Shown here piece by piece: positions 39,344 through 49,125 of a stretch of DNA of 64,000 nt. The notes under the pieces are model-generated. The model ran no database searches and was not told where the DNA came from. It saw nothing but the letters and a program-made list of their open reading frames with translations. Origin of the DNA: Bdellovibrionota bacterium (GTDB lineage: Bacteria > Bdellovibrionota_C > UBA2361 > JAAYZI01); contig JBMNIF010000002.1 in assembly GCA_050950765.1 (NCBI GenBank), forward strand, positions 672,001-736,000, read 5' to 3'. A program made the position numbers and the translations under genes. Every line of letters begins with the position of its first letter. Positions within the stretch are counted from its first letter, which is position 1.

Positions 39344-39443
39344 AAGAGATCTTCTTAACGGAGTAAGGGTTAATACTATAAATCTTTAAATAAAATACAC
39401 TTACTTAAGTAGTGGTTTGAATAATATTATCGGATTTTAAGTA

Positions 39444-39499
39444 AATAGGGAGTAAAAGAATATAGAGTATTCATCTTCTGCTTTTTGCTACTCCCTATT
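39444..39499. terminator. Long-loop hairpin between convergent cysK and PepSY genes
   Basis: aatagggagta / tactccctatt, 11-bp perfect inverted repeat. Confidence 0.5.
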
Positions 39500-39537
39500 A
39501 TTAGAATTATTAGGGTAAGTGTTGTGCTTTTTAGGCA

Positions 39538-39885
39538 TCAATCATCGCGCTCTTCTTTTACCTTTAGAACTGTGCCTTTTATACCGTCAATTAACACTTC
39601 AAAAACTTTCCCATCTTTTACAACTTCAACTTCAAAAGTTGGTGTGGCGGAGTCATCTTCAATAGAGGCAGAGATAGCTTTGCCTGAAGTGTGTTTTTCT
39701 GCAATTTGAATGGCATCAATTAATGTAATTTTTGCCTGTTTTAGTTGTTGCACCTCTTCTTTGTCGTCTAAATGTGAAGTTGCCCCTGCTACGGCATTAA
39801 CCTCTTGAGCAGTTACGTTAGAGCTGAAAAGAGATAATGTTAATAACGCACTTAAAAATAGAGGAAACAGTCTTCTTCGTATCAT
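39538..39885 (-). CDS. Secreted PepSY-domain protein
   Basis: Signal peptide; AKITLIDAIQIA..GKAIS..FEVEV..EVLIDGIKGTVL. Confidence 0.88.
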   Translation of the reverse strand: MIRRRLFPLFLSALLTLSLFSSNVTAQEVNAVAGATSHLDDKEEVQQLKQAKITLIDAIQIAEKHTSGKAISASIEDDSATPTFEVEVVKDGKVFEVLIDGIKGTVLKVKEERDD

Positions 39886-40195
39886 AGGAACCTCCTTAAA
39901 TAAATTTTAAGGGAGTCTGACACAACTCTAAAAAGAGCACCAGATAAGATAAGGTCAAGGTAGAGCCTGAAAATATAACAATATCTCCGGTGGTGTTGTT
40001 TGAATATTAGGAGTGTTTCCAAAAGCTAATGATGTTTTTTGAAGAGAAGCTTAAAGTTATTTCTATCCGCTAAAGTGTTGAAAAACTCTTAAAACTACTT
40101 AAACTTACTAGCTGTTTTTACTGAATACCGCTATGCTGTACCATGTAAGTACTCTTTCCTATATTTTATCTGTAAATTAACGACGGTAATTTTTA

Positions 40196-40921
40196 ATGAT
40201 AGAAGCGATCGGATTATATAAACGATTTGGTGAGGTCTTAGCTGTTCGGGATGCCACTTTTTCAGCGGCAAAAGGGGAGGTGGTAGGATTTCTTGGACCT
40301 AACGGTGCCGGAAAGACAACGACTTTACGGATGCTTACTACCTTTCTCGCTCCTACGGGGGGGACAGCTAAAATTGCAGGTTTCGATATCGCACAGAACA
40401 GCGCAGAGGTGCGTAAGCAGATCGGGTATCTGCCGGAGACACCGCCACTTTATAATGAGTTAACGGTGCAGGAGTATCTGACCTTTGCTGCTAAGGTGCG
40501 TGGAGTGCAAAAGAAGCTCCTTAAAGGTGCTGTGGAAAACGTTATTGAGAGGTGCTCTCTTACGGAGATGCGGAAACGTTTATGCGGAAGCCTTTCAAAA
40601 GGTTATCGTCAACGGGTCGGGTTGGCACAAGCTTTAGTACATAGCCCCCGTGTGGTGATCCTTGATGAGCCGACAAGTGCTTTGGATCCGCAACAGATAA
40701 TACAGGTGCGGGAGTTGATCGCTTCCTTAAAAGAAAATCATACCGTTATCTTAAGCACCCATATTTTACCGGAAGTTGTAGCGACCTGCACTAAAGTAGT
40801 TTTAATCAATGATGGTAAGGTTGTTCTCTCTGAATCTTTGGATACTCTTTTACAACGAAGTTCCTTAGAAGAGGTCTTTCTTCATTATGTAGCCGGAGAG
40901 AGCGGCGATCAGGAGGAGTAA
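40196..40921 (+). CDS. ABC transporter ATP-binding protein (GldA-like)
   Basis: GPNGAGKTT, LSKGYRQR, LDEPT, STH. Confidence 0.95.
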   Translation: MIEAIGLYKRFGEVLAVRDATFSAAKGEVVGFLGPNGAGKTTTLRMLTTFLAPTGGTAKIAGFDIAQNSAEVRKQIGYLPETPPLYNELTVQEYLTFAAKVRGVQKKLLKGAVENVIERCSLTEMRKRLCGSLSKGYRQRVGLAQALVHSPRVVILDEPTSALDPQQIIQVRELIASLKENHTVILSTHILPEVVATCTKVVLINDGKVVLSESLDTLLQRSSLEEVFLHYVAGESGDQEE

Positions 40922-41691
40922 TGGCAGCAACGATGACCGTATTTAAAAAAGAGTTGTGGAGTTTTTTTGTTTCCCCGATAGCTTATTGTGTTGTGACGGG
41001 GTTTTTGTTGATAAGCGGATACCTCTTTTTTGCATATCTGGGCAGTTATAATATGGCGATTGTAAAACTACTTGAGTCAAACGGCTTAAGTAATGCACCT
41101 GTGACTTTGAATGAATGGGTGATAGGGAGATATTTCCACACGTTGGTATTTGTTTTAATCTTTGTAATACCACTTTTAACGATGCGCCTTTTTGCAGAGG
41201 AGCGTCGTCGTGGTACCTTTGAGATGTTGCTAACCTCCCCTATTTCAGTGACGCAGATTGTTGTCGGAAAATATTTAGCAGTAACATCTATAACGCTCCT
41301 GATGCTTTTTTTAGCAGGAGTTTTCCCCGCTCTACTCTGTTTTAAAATGGATCCTGAAGTAGCGCCGCTAGCGGTTGGTTTTTTAGGAGTTCTTTTTTGC
41401 GGAGTTTCTTTTGTTGCGCTCTCAATGGCGGCAGCGTGCTTTTCAGAAAATCAGATCATTGCTGGCATCTTGGGTTCAACGGTACTCCTTTTATTGTATG
41501 TAATCTTTTCACCTGCACCGTCACTCGGAGCGACGGCAGAGTTGATCTTAAAATATATCTCTCCAGGTTGGCAGGTTGATGCTTTTATAAAGGGAATTCT
41601 TTCGATAAAGGGGTGTGTCTATTTTATAACGCTGACTTTATTCGGACTAATTATTACAAAACGTATCCTTGATACGGAACGGTGGCGTTAA
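40921..41691 (+). CDS. ABC-2 permease (GldF-like)
   Basis: KELxSFFxSPIAY, PLLTMRLFAEERRRGTFEMLLTSP. Confidence 0.92.
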   Translation: MAATMTVFKKELWSFFVSPIAYCVVTGFLLISGYLFFAYLGSYNMAIVKLLESNGLSNAPVTLNEWVIGRYFHTLVFVLIFVIPLLTMRLFAEERRRGTFEMLLTSPISVTQIVVGKYLAVTSITLLMLFLAGVFPALLCFKMDPEVAPLAVGFLGVLFCGVSFVALSMAAACFSENQIIAGILGSTVLLLLYVIFSPAPSLGATAELILKYISPGWQVDAFIKGILSIKGCVYFITLTLFGLIITKRILDTERWR

Positions 41692-41711
41692 AGGGGGAGA
41701 TAGGAAAAGCT

Positions 41712-43304
41712 ATGTCAAAAGAGAAAAGATCAACTTTTGCTGCTGTCTTAGGATCTGTTCTGATTGGATACGGTTTATTTGTTGCGATTATAAAGGGAAG
41801 CTTTTCTGGGGCTTTCGTGTGGCTGCACGTTGGATGTGGCGTTCTTTCCCTTCTTTTGTGGTTTTTAAAGGGGGGAGCTTATGCTGTAAAAGAGAGCAAG
41901 TCTGTTACAGCTTTAAAAAGGAGAGTAAGGGGTGCTTTACACGTCTGTTTTGATGTATTGGTGGTACTACTCATCCTTGTATGTATAAATATCATAGCGA
42001 ATCGTTATGATAGACGTCTTGATACAACAGAAGCTAAAGTTAATAGCCTTGTGCCGGAAACAGTGCAGGTAATCGATCAAATTCGTCATCCCGTCCATAT
42101 CACAGCTGTAATAGGTCCGAACGATCGTGCGGAGAGAGAGAGCACAGGAAATTTGCTTGAGCTGTACAGGCGGCAAAAACGGGACTTTATTACTTATGAG
42201 ATAATAGATCCTAGAAAAAATCCGCACCGTGTGGAGAAAGAGCTTAAGCTTAAAGCAGGAGAGACTCTTGCCATAGAGTATAGAAGAGATGGACAGACAG
42301 ATATTGCGCGGGCTACGGGAGCTTCAGAGAATGTCATTACAAATGCTTTGGTGAAGCTTATTAGTGGCGAAGCAAAGAAGCTCTATTATGTAGTTGGACA
42401 CGGAGAGCCACGTCTTGATAAGAGCACGCCTGAAGGGATGAAAGGAGTTTATGAAGCTCTTACAGAGCTTGGTTATAATGTTAGCACGATAGTGTTAGCA
42501 GAACATTCTGAGATTCCGAAAGATGGTGTGGGGGTGCTATTTGTAGCTCCGCAATATCCGATCTTGCCTAATGAAACTGAGATATTAAAGCGTTATTTGG
42601 AGGATGGCGGTGGAGTAGTTGTCTTAGCAGATCCAGATGTTTCAGAGGAGTTGAGATCTTTTACTACTGAGTTCGGAATAGAGATCGGACGAGATGTTAT
42701 CTTAGATAAGATGCAAGGTCTGCAAGGTGCACCGGAAGTTGGCTGGCAGATCGTTGCTCGTGAATACGGTTATCATCCGATTACGCAGCATCTCGGTAAT
42801 GGAGATTATACCGTTTATCTTACTGCTTCTACCGTCTCTTTAATGGAGCCTGAAAAACGTAAGCCAACTTCGGAATACACTCCATTAGTTTTAACTAAAA
42901 GTATCACTGCTTGGGCGGAAACAGATTTAGCACTCCTCTTTAGTGAAAAACCGCAAGCGTTATTAGATCCGCAAAGTGATAAGTTGCCGCCACTGGCAAT
43001 AGCTGTTGCTTATGAACACAGGATCTCTGAAAAAAGAGGTTCTCGCATGGTGGTTTTCGGTGATAGTAATTGGGTGCGTAACGCTAATTTAAATATTTAC
43101 GGGAATAAAAACCTCTTTTTAAATACAGTAAATTGGGTGACGCAAGAGAAGAATACTCTTGTGATACCAACGCGTGAGATGCGTCAAAACAATCAATTAA
43201 TATCTCAAGGTGATTTTAATAAGATGGTGGTGATGGGGCTCCTTTTATCAGAGGTGATTTTAATAATGGGGCTAGCGATCTGTAGAAGACGAAAGAGATT
43301 TTAA
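41712..43304 (+). CDS. GldG-like ABC auxiliary protein
   Basis: RLDTT..NSL, YYVVGHGE, VVFGDS, NKNLFLNTVNW. Start ATG 41712. Confidence 0.88.
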   Translation: MSKEKRSTFAAVLGSVLIGYGLFVAIIKGSFSGAFVWLHVGCGVLSLLLWFLKGGAYAVKESKSVTALKRRVRGALHVCFDVLVVLLILVCINIIANRYDRRLDTTEAKVNSLVPETVQVIDQIRHPVHITAVIGPNDRAERESTGNLLELYRRQKRDFITYEIIDPRKNPHRVEKELKLKAGETLAIEYRRDGQTDIARATGASENVITNALVKLISGEAKKLYYVVGHGEPRLDKSTPEGMKGVYEALTELGYNVSTIVLAEHSEIPKDGVGVLFVAPQYPILPNETEILKRYLEDGGGVVVLADPDVSEELRSFTTEFGIEIGRDVILDKMQGLQGAPEVGWQIVAREYGYHPITQHLGNGDYTVYLTASTVSLMEPEKRKPTSEYTPLVLTKSITAWAETDLALLFSEKPQALLDPQSDKLPPLAIAVAYEHRISEKRGSRMVVFGDSNWVRNANLNIYGNKNLFLNTVNWVTQEKNTLVIPTREMRQNNQLISQGDFNKMVVMGLLLSEVILIMGLAICRRRKRF

Positions 43305-43306
43305 CG

Positions 43307-44710
43307 ATGAATACGGCTACAAAAAAAAGTTTTCTTTTAGGGGTGTGCGCTGCTGCGCTGCTGGGGTATGTAGCATTTTTTGTCTTAAGTCCTGAACCGA
43401 TGTCAGATGAAGGATTTATATTTGCAGGAGTGGATCGGGAGGAGATTGAGAAGATCTCTATTGAAAGTGAGTTCGGTGCATATACATTTGTTAATCCATA
43501 TCCGAAAGAATTACCTGATCGTGGGACGCAAGATATGGAGCTTGATCCAGAAATCTTATTAACGTGGCAATTAGAAGATGTACCAACTGCGCGTTTAAAT
43601 ACCACCGAGTTAAACTCTCTTATTATAAATGTTTTACAAACGCGTGTACTAAATCCACTTACTCCGCAGGAAGACCTTTCGATGTATGGTTTAGATATAC
43701 CTGGTGTAAGAATAGCTGTAAAATATCTGGGAGGTAGCCACGTTATTGAGATCGGCGATAGGTCGGAATTTGTTGGGACGTATTTTGCATTACTGGACGG
43801 TAAGGCTCTCTTTATGGTGGAAGATAGGTTGATTAAGGCAGCTCTTAAACCTGTTACTGAATTTAGAGACCTTGAAATCTTACAGAAAAGAGAGGGCGAG
43901 GTACGTGAAATAAAGATCGTTAGAGATTTAACGCATCAGATCGTATTAAGACGTGATGCCGATGGTTGGAATATCTACGAGCCTGATTTTTATCCTTGTG
44001 ATCAAGGTGCTGTTCAAACGCTTTTAAAATCCCTGTTTTTATTAACAACGAAGAGTTTTTTTGAGATAGAACACAACCCACTGGATAGTGCTGGATTGGA
44101 AAACCCTGCGATTAAGTTTGTAGTGAATGATGGTCTAGGACGACGTATCTTAATGCTTTCTGATGTGCCTTCAGATACCCTTAGATACAATCTTTTTGCT
44201 TATATTGAGGGAGAGCCTTCTCTCTCTCTAGTAGATAAAGGTAGTATCGGAACATTTCCTCTTTCACTTTTTGCTTTAAGAAAAAAACGGTTTGTTTCTT
44301 TTAATCCAGAAGATATCTCTACTGTCTCCCTTGAAATGGTGGGACGAATGCCGCTTAGTCTTGAAAGATCTACTGAAGGGTGGAAGGTTAACGGCTTTGA
44401 AGGGGATACGCCCTTTATTGAAAAGTTTTTAAAAGACCTTAGTCAGATGGAAGCTGCAGAGTTCCCTGATTATGGTGAGATGGTTAGCTTTGAGCATCCC
44501 CGTTTACGCTTAGTGCTTAAGAAAAAAGACGGCAGGGAGTTGATTGTGCTTGTTGCTAAACAATTGAAAGTTCTTTCTCCGCAAGAAACGCAATATTTTG
44601 TGATGGGTGCAGATGTAAGTGAGCCTTATTTAATAGATGCGCGAACTTTTCGTGCTATTAGCCCTTCTGCTGAAATGCTTTCTGTAGTTATTCCGATTCA
44701 AGAGGAGTAG
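43307..44710 (+). CDS. DUF4340-type membrane-anchored protein
   Basis: N-terminal TM, repeated LSMYGLDxP / AGLENP motifs, FRD. Usual position after GldG. Confidence 0.8.
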   Translation: MNTATKKSFLLGVCAAALLGYVAFFVLSPEPMSDEGFIFAGVDREEIEKISIESEFGAYTFVNPYPKELPDRGTQDMELDPEILLTWQLEDVPTARLNTTELNSLIINVLQTRVLNPLTPQEDLSMYGLDIPGVRIAVKYLGGSHVIEIGDRSEFVGTYFALLDGKALFMVEDRLIKAALKPVTEFRDLEILQKREGEVREIKIVRDLTHQIVLRRDADGWNIYEPDFYPCDQGAVQTLLKSLFLLTTKSFFEIEHNPLDSAGLENPAIKFVVNDGLGRRILMLSDVPSDTLRYNLFAYIEGEPSLSLVDKGSIGTFPLSLFALRKKRFVSFNPEDISTVSLEMVGRMPLSLERSTEGWKVNGFEGDTPFIEKFLKDLSQMEAAEFPDYGEMVSFEHPRLRLVLKKKDGRELIVLVAKQLKVLSPQETQYFVMGADVSEPYLIDARTFRAISPSAEMLSVVIPIQEE

Positions 44711-44715
44711 TTCTT

Positions 44716-47172
44716 ATGTTGAAAAAGATCTTTGTAGTGTTAGTTATCCTCGGAGTGTTGGGAAGTGTTGTGCTCGGAATCGGTCTTGTTTGGGGGTATC
44801 ACTATTTTACGAGAGACCTGCCGAAGTTTACCAGTATGGAAGATTATAAACCTGCTGCTGCTTCCTTAATGTATTCGAATGACGGCACCTTAGTTGGTGA
44901 GTTTTATCTACCATCTGAAAGACGGTATCCTGTACCGCTTTCTGAAATCCCATTATTTGTTAGACAAGCTTTTCTTGGAGCTGAAGACGCTTCTTTCTAT
45001 AAACATCCAGGCATTGATCCCGTTAGTATTTTACGTGCTTTTATTAAAAACGTTAAAACAGGTTCTTCAAAGCAGGGGGGAAGTACAATTACACAACAGG
45101 TCGTGAAAAACCTTCTTTTAACTCGTGAGAAAAGTTTAGAAAGAAAGATTAAGGAGGCGATTTTAGCTTATAGAATTGAACACCGCTTAAGCAAAGATCA
45201 GATCTTGGAGATCTACTTAAATCAGATCACCTTTGGACATAACACCTTTGGTGTAAAAGCTGCTGCGAAAGTTTACTTTCGAAAAGAGTTAAATGAATTA
45301 ACTTTAGCAGAAGCTGCTATCTTAGCCGGATTGCCAAAGGCTCCTTCAAAATACTCTCCACTTAGAAATTTTGCTGCTGCTAAGAGAAGGCAGAAGTATG
45401 TTTTAGGTCAGATGCTTAAAGCCGGATTTGTTACTGATCCGAAAGAGATAGAAGATGCTTATAAGCAGGAGTTGAAGGTTTATTCAGATTCGAAGAGTCG
45501 CTTAATGCGGGCGCCGTATTACATTGATGCTATTCAAAAAGTTTTTGCAGAAGAGTGGAAGGAGCTTGATCTGGAGCGGGATGGGTTAAAGGTTTATACG
45601 GCATTAGATCTAGATGCGTATGATTCCTCTGTGCGCGCTATGCAGAGAGGGCTTAAAGAAGTTGATAAGAGGCGTGGCTGGCGTGGTCCTCTAGAATATC
45701 TTTCTGAAGATGCAGAAGCTACCTTTGCTAAAAAATATGCGAGTCGCATTCCTACTGTATTAAAGCAGGATACGGTTTATCCCGCTTTAGTTGTCTCTGC
45801 TGCAAATAAAAACGGCAGATTACACCTTAAGCTTGGTACAGTTAATGGTGTTGTTGATATTAAGAAAGCCACTTGGGCGAGGGTTATGATCGATAAAAAC
45901 GATCGCACAAAGGGTATTAGACCTGAAAACTCTTTACGTGCTGGAGATGTGATAGAGGTTTCATTTCTAGCAGATGACTTAAAAAAATATTACGATAATA
46001 AAAATCCGACGGCGTTATTAGAAGCAGCTCTTGATCAAACGCCTGATATTGAAGGCGCTTTGGTGGCTTTAGATCCGCATAGTGGCAAGGTTGTAACGGT
46101 AGTTGGTGGGTATGATTATGATTATCAACGTAGCGTTTTTAATCGAGCCATTCAGGCACATCGGCAACCTGGTTCTGTTTTTAAACCGATCGTATATTTT
46201 ACTGCGATTGATCGTCACGGCTATACTCCTGCTACAATAGTTTATGATACTCCTAAAACTTTTCAGATTGGGGATCAGGTTTGGACACCTGGAAATTATG
46301 AAAAGAACTTCCTCGGACCCATTACATTACGAACTGCTTTGCAAAAATCGAGGAACCTTGTCTCTGCTGATATCGTTTACAAAATTGGGGTTGATGATGT
46401 GATTAGAACGGCTAAACAGTTGGGGATTACCAGTCCGATCGGTCGTAATTTATCAATCTCTTTAGGGAGTAGTGAAGTTTCTGTTCTTGAACTAACACGT
46501 GCCTACGGTGTTTTTGCTGCTGGTGGAGTGCTTTTCCCAAGTGTGTTTGTAACGCGTATTGAAGATAGAAACGGCAAAGTTATCTTTGATTATAATGCCG
46601 AGCGCTTAAAGTTGGCAAAACGTGTTATCGATGAAAATAGCGCTTTTATTATGGCGCATATGATGAAGGGTGTCGTTGAAAACGGTACGGGTTACCGTGT
46701 TAAAGCTTTGGGGCGTCCGACAGCGGGAAAGACAGGAACTACTAACCATTTTATGGATGCTTGGTTTGTCGGGTATACTCCTGATTGGGCTTGTGGAGTT
46801 TGGGCAGGATTTGATGAAAAGAAAACGATTAAAGCAGGGGAGACGGGTGGACGTGTTTCAGCACCGATCTGGTTGTACTTTATGACGGACTTTTTGGCAA
46901 AACAGGATGCTTTGGCTTATGAAAAGTTAGTGGAGGAGTCAAAACAGGAAGCTGCTCGTTTAGGAGTGGAGTATGATAAGCCGGAGCCTTTAAAGCCGCG
47001 TGATTTTGATGTACCGGACGGAGTAGATCCGTATTGGGTTACAAAGGATGGCGAATTAACAACTCCTTCTACTCCAGGGGCTATCCTTGAGTATTTTAGA
47101 AAAGATGCACCACCACAGCGACGTGAACAGAAGCAGCAAGAGGCTGATTATTGGAACTCTCCGGAATTGTAA
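44716..47172 (+). CDS. mrcA: Penicillin-binding protein 1A
   Basis: AEDASFYKH, GGSTITQQ, RKIKE; transpeptidase SVFK, SRN, KTG. Confidence 0.95.
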   Translation: MLKKIFVVLVILGVLGSVVLGIGLVWGYHYFTRDLPKFTSMEDYKPAAASLMYSNDGTLVGEFYLPSERRYPVPLSEIPLFVRQAFLGAEDASFYKHPGIDPVSILRAFIKNVKTGSSKQGGSTITQQVVKNLLLTREKSLERKIKEAILAYRIEHRLSKDQILEIYLNQITFGHNTFGVKAAAKVYFRKELNELTLAEAAILAGLPKAPSKYSPLRNFAAAKRRQKYVLGQMLKAGFVTDPKEIEDAYKQELKVYSDSKSRLMRAPYYIDAIQKVFAEEWKELDLERDGLKVYTALDLDAYDSSVRAMQRGLKEVDKRRGWRGPLEYLSEDAEATFAKKYASRIPTVLKQDTVYPALVVSAANKNGRLHLKLGTVNGVVDIKKATWARVMIDKNDRTKGIRPENSLRAGDVIEVSFLADDLKKYYDNKNPTALLEAALDQTPDIEGALVALDPHSGKVVTVVGGYDYDYQRSVFNRAIQAHRQPGSVFKPIVYFTAIDRHGYTPATIVYDTPKTFQIGDQVWTPGNYEKNFLGPITLRTALQKSRNLVSADIVYKIGVDDVIRTAKQLGITSPIGRNLSISLGSSEVSVLELTRAYGVFAAGGVLFPSVFVTRIEDRNGKVIFDYNAERLKLAKRVIDENSAFIMAHMMKGVVENGTGYRVKALGRPTAGKTGTTNHFMDAWFVGYTPDWACGVWAGFDEKKTIKAGETGGRVSAPIWLYFMTDFLAKQDALAYEKLVEESKQEAARLGVEYDKPEPLKPRDFDVPDGVDPYWVTKDGELTTPSTPGAILEYFRKDAPPQRREQKQQEADYWNSPEL

Positions 47173-47187
47173 GAGCCTCTTCTTTTA

Positions 47188-47320
47188 TAAAGGGTTGAGG
47201 TAGTGATTTTAAGTAGTGATCTAAAAAAAGGGTAAAGGCTTGAAATACTGACTTTAAGTAGTATTTTGAGAAAGGGTAAAGGTTTGAGGTAATGACTTTA
47301 AGTAGTGATCTGGAAAAAAG
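47188..47320. repeat. 44-45-bp triplication of the gatC RBS/start region
   Basis: aagtagt at 47211, 47256 and 47300. The third copy contains the gatC ATG. Confidence 0.85.
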
Positions 47321-47582
47321 CGCACGTTCGGCACGACTAGGTGTTAATGAAGCGGAACTGAAGGCATTGAAAGAGGATGTTGCTAAGATCCTTGAATACG
47401 TTAAAGAGCTTGAAGAGTACGACCTCTCTGAAGTAGAGCCGCTTTATTATGTGCATGAACAGTGTAATGTTTTACGTGAAGATGTTGCCGCTACTCCGCT
47501 CTCGAGAGAGGATGTTTTAAAAAATGCCCCTGATACAGACACCGTTTATTTTCGTGTGCCATTAATTATGGAACAGAAGTAA
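47292..47582 (+). CDS. gatC: Asp/Glu-tRNA amidotransferase subunit C
   Basis: ARSARL, VEPL, LRED, NAP..YFRVP. Confidence 0.93.
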   Translation: MTLSSDLEKSARSARLGVNEAELKALKEDVAKILEYVKELEEYDLSEVEPLYYVHEQCNVLREDVAATPLSREDVLKNAPDTDTVYFRVPLIMEQK

Positions 47583-47587
47583 GTGCT

Positions 47588-49042
47588 ATGCTGAAACTTA
47601 CGCAGTTAACATTAAAACAGTTACGTAACGGCTTAGATAAAAGAGAGTTTTCTGCAAAAGATCTTATTCAAGTAACGCTAGCTGCGATCTCTGAGAAGAG
47701 TGATTTAAATGCGTTTATTACCGTTTGTGATGATGAGGCTTTAGCTGCAGCAGCAGAGGCTGATAGAAAAATTAAAAGGGGAGAGTCTACTCCGTTACTT
47801 GGAATTCCTGTGGGGGTAGAAGATCGGATTATGACTAAAGGTATCAGAACTACCTGCGGTAGTAAGTTACTACGATCTTTTATCCCTCCTTATGATGCTA
47901 CGGTGGTGCGGAGGCTTTTGGAGGCGGGTGCCATAATAATAGGTAAGAGTAATTTAGATGAATTCTCAATGGGGTCTTCTGGAGAAAACAGTGCTTTCGG
48001 TGTTGTAAAAAATCCGTGGAATAAAAGTTGTGTAGCGGGAGGAAGTAGTGGTGGCGCTGCAGTAGCAGCACAACTTGTGCCTGCGGTAGTAGCTACTGAT
48101 ACGGGAGGGGGGCTTAGGCAAGCGGCGGCGTTTTGTGGAGTGTACGGTTTGAGACCGACTTACGGTAGAATTAGTCGTTATGGTGTTGCAGCTTTTGCCT
48201 CGTCATTAGATCAGGTCGGTGTTTTATCAAAAAGAGTAGAAGATTTAGGAATAATAACTACCTTAATAGCGGGTTATGATAGCCGTGATGCTACATCTAT
48301 GGATGTAAAAGTTCCTGAGTTCTCACCTCCCTTTGATTGTGGTTTAGACGGCGTTACTATCGGTGTGCCGCAGGAATATTTTTCTTCTCTTGTGGAGAGT
48401 GAAGTTTTAGAAAAAGTTAAAGTTGCGATCAATCGTTTTGAAGAGTTGGGCGCAAAGGTTGTTTATTTAAAATTAGAACATACTACATCTGCTCTTTCTG
48501 CATATTACGTGATCTCTTCCGCAGAAGGTGCTTCAAACCTAAGTCGTTTTGATGGAGTGCGTTATGGGGAGCGTGTAGCGGGATCTGATTTAGAAGAGAT
48601 GTATTTGAAAACTCGTTCTGAAGGTTTTGGATCGGAAGTTAAACGGAGGATCTTATTTGGGACTTATGTTTTATCTAAAGAGTGTCGCTCGCGTTATTAT
48701 TTACAAGCGCAGAAGATGCGACGTTTAGTGTTAGATGATTTTAAAAAAGCTTTTACTCAGTGTGATCTCCTTATTACGCCTGTTACTCCGAGTGGTGTTT
48801 TTAAAATAGGTCAAAAAACATCAGATCCTTTAAGTATGTATCTGAATGATGCTTTTACTGCGCCTGTAAGTTTGGCAGGTTTACCGGCTTTAGGTATTCC
48901 GTGTGGAGTTGATAGTGCAAAGCTACCTATTGGGATGCAGTTGATCGCAGATTATTGGTGTGAAGAGTTGTTGCTTAAGGTAGCAGCTACTTATCAGAAG
49001 GTAATGGATGTGTGGGGAGGTGGAGGTAAAGGTACTAAATAA
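47588..49042 (+). CDS. gatA: Asp/Glu-tRNA amidotransferase subunit A, catalytic Lys and Ser replaced
   Basis: GKSNLDEF, GGSSGG, SNLSRFDGVRYG, EVKRRI. KD reads ED; DTGGS reads DTGGG. Confidence 0.96.
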   Translation: MLKLTQLTLKQLRNGLDKREFSAKDLIQVTLAAISEKSDLNAFITVCDDEALAAAAEADRKIKRGESTPLLGIPVGVEDRIMTKGIRTTCGSKLLRSFIPPYDATVVRRLLEAGAIIIGKSNLDEFSMGSSGENSAFGVVKNPWNKSCVAGGSSGGAAVAAQLVPAVVATDTGGGLRQAAAFCGVYGLRPTYGRISRYGVAAFASSLDQVGVLSKRVEDLGIITTLIAGYDSRDATSMDVKVPEFSPPFDCGLDGVTIGVPQEYFSSLVESEVLEKVKVAINRFEELGAKVVYLKLEHTTSALSAYYVISSAEGASNLSRFDGVRYGERVAGSDLEEMYLKTRSEGFGSEVKRRILFGTYVLSKECRSRYYLQAQKMRRLVLDDFKKAFTQCDLLITPVTPSGVFKIGQKTSDPLSMYLNDAFTAPVSLAGLPALGIPCGVDSAKLPIGMQLIADYWCEELLLKVAATYQKVMDVWGGGGKGTK

Positions 49043-49125
49043 AAAAGTATTGTTATTATGGCGGCTACTTTATTAGAAGATAGTGTGGTGCTAAAGGAGG
49101 CAAAAAATTTGGGTAGTGACTGTAA

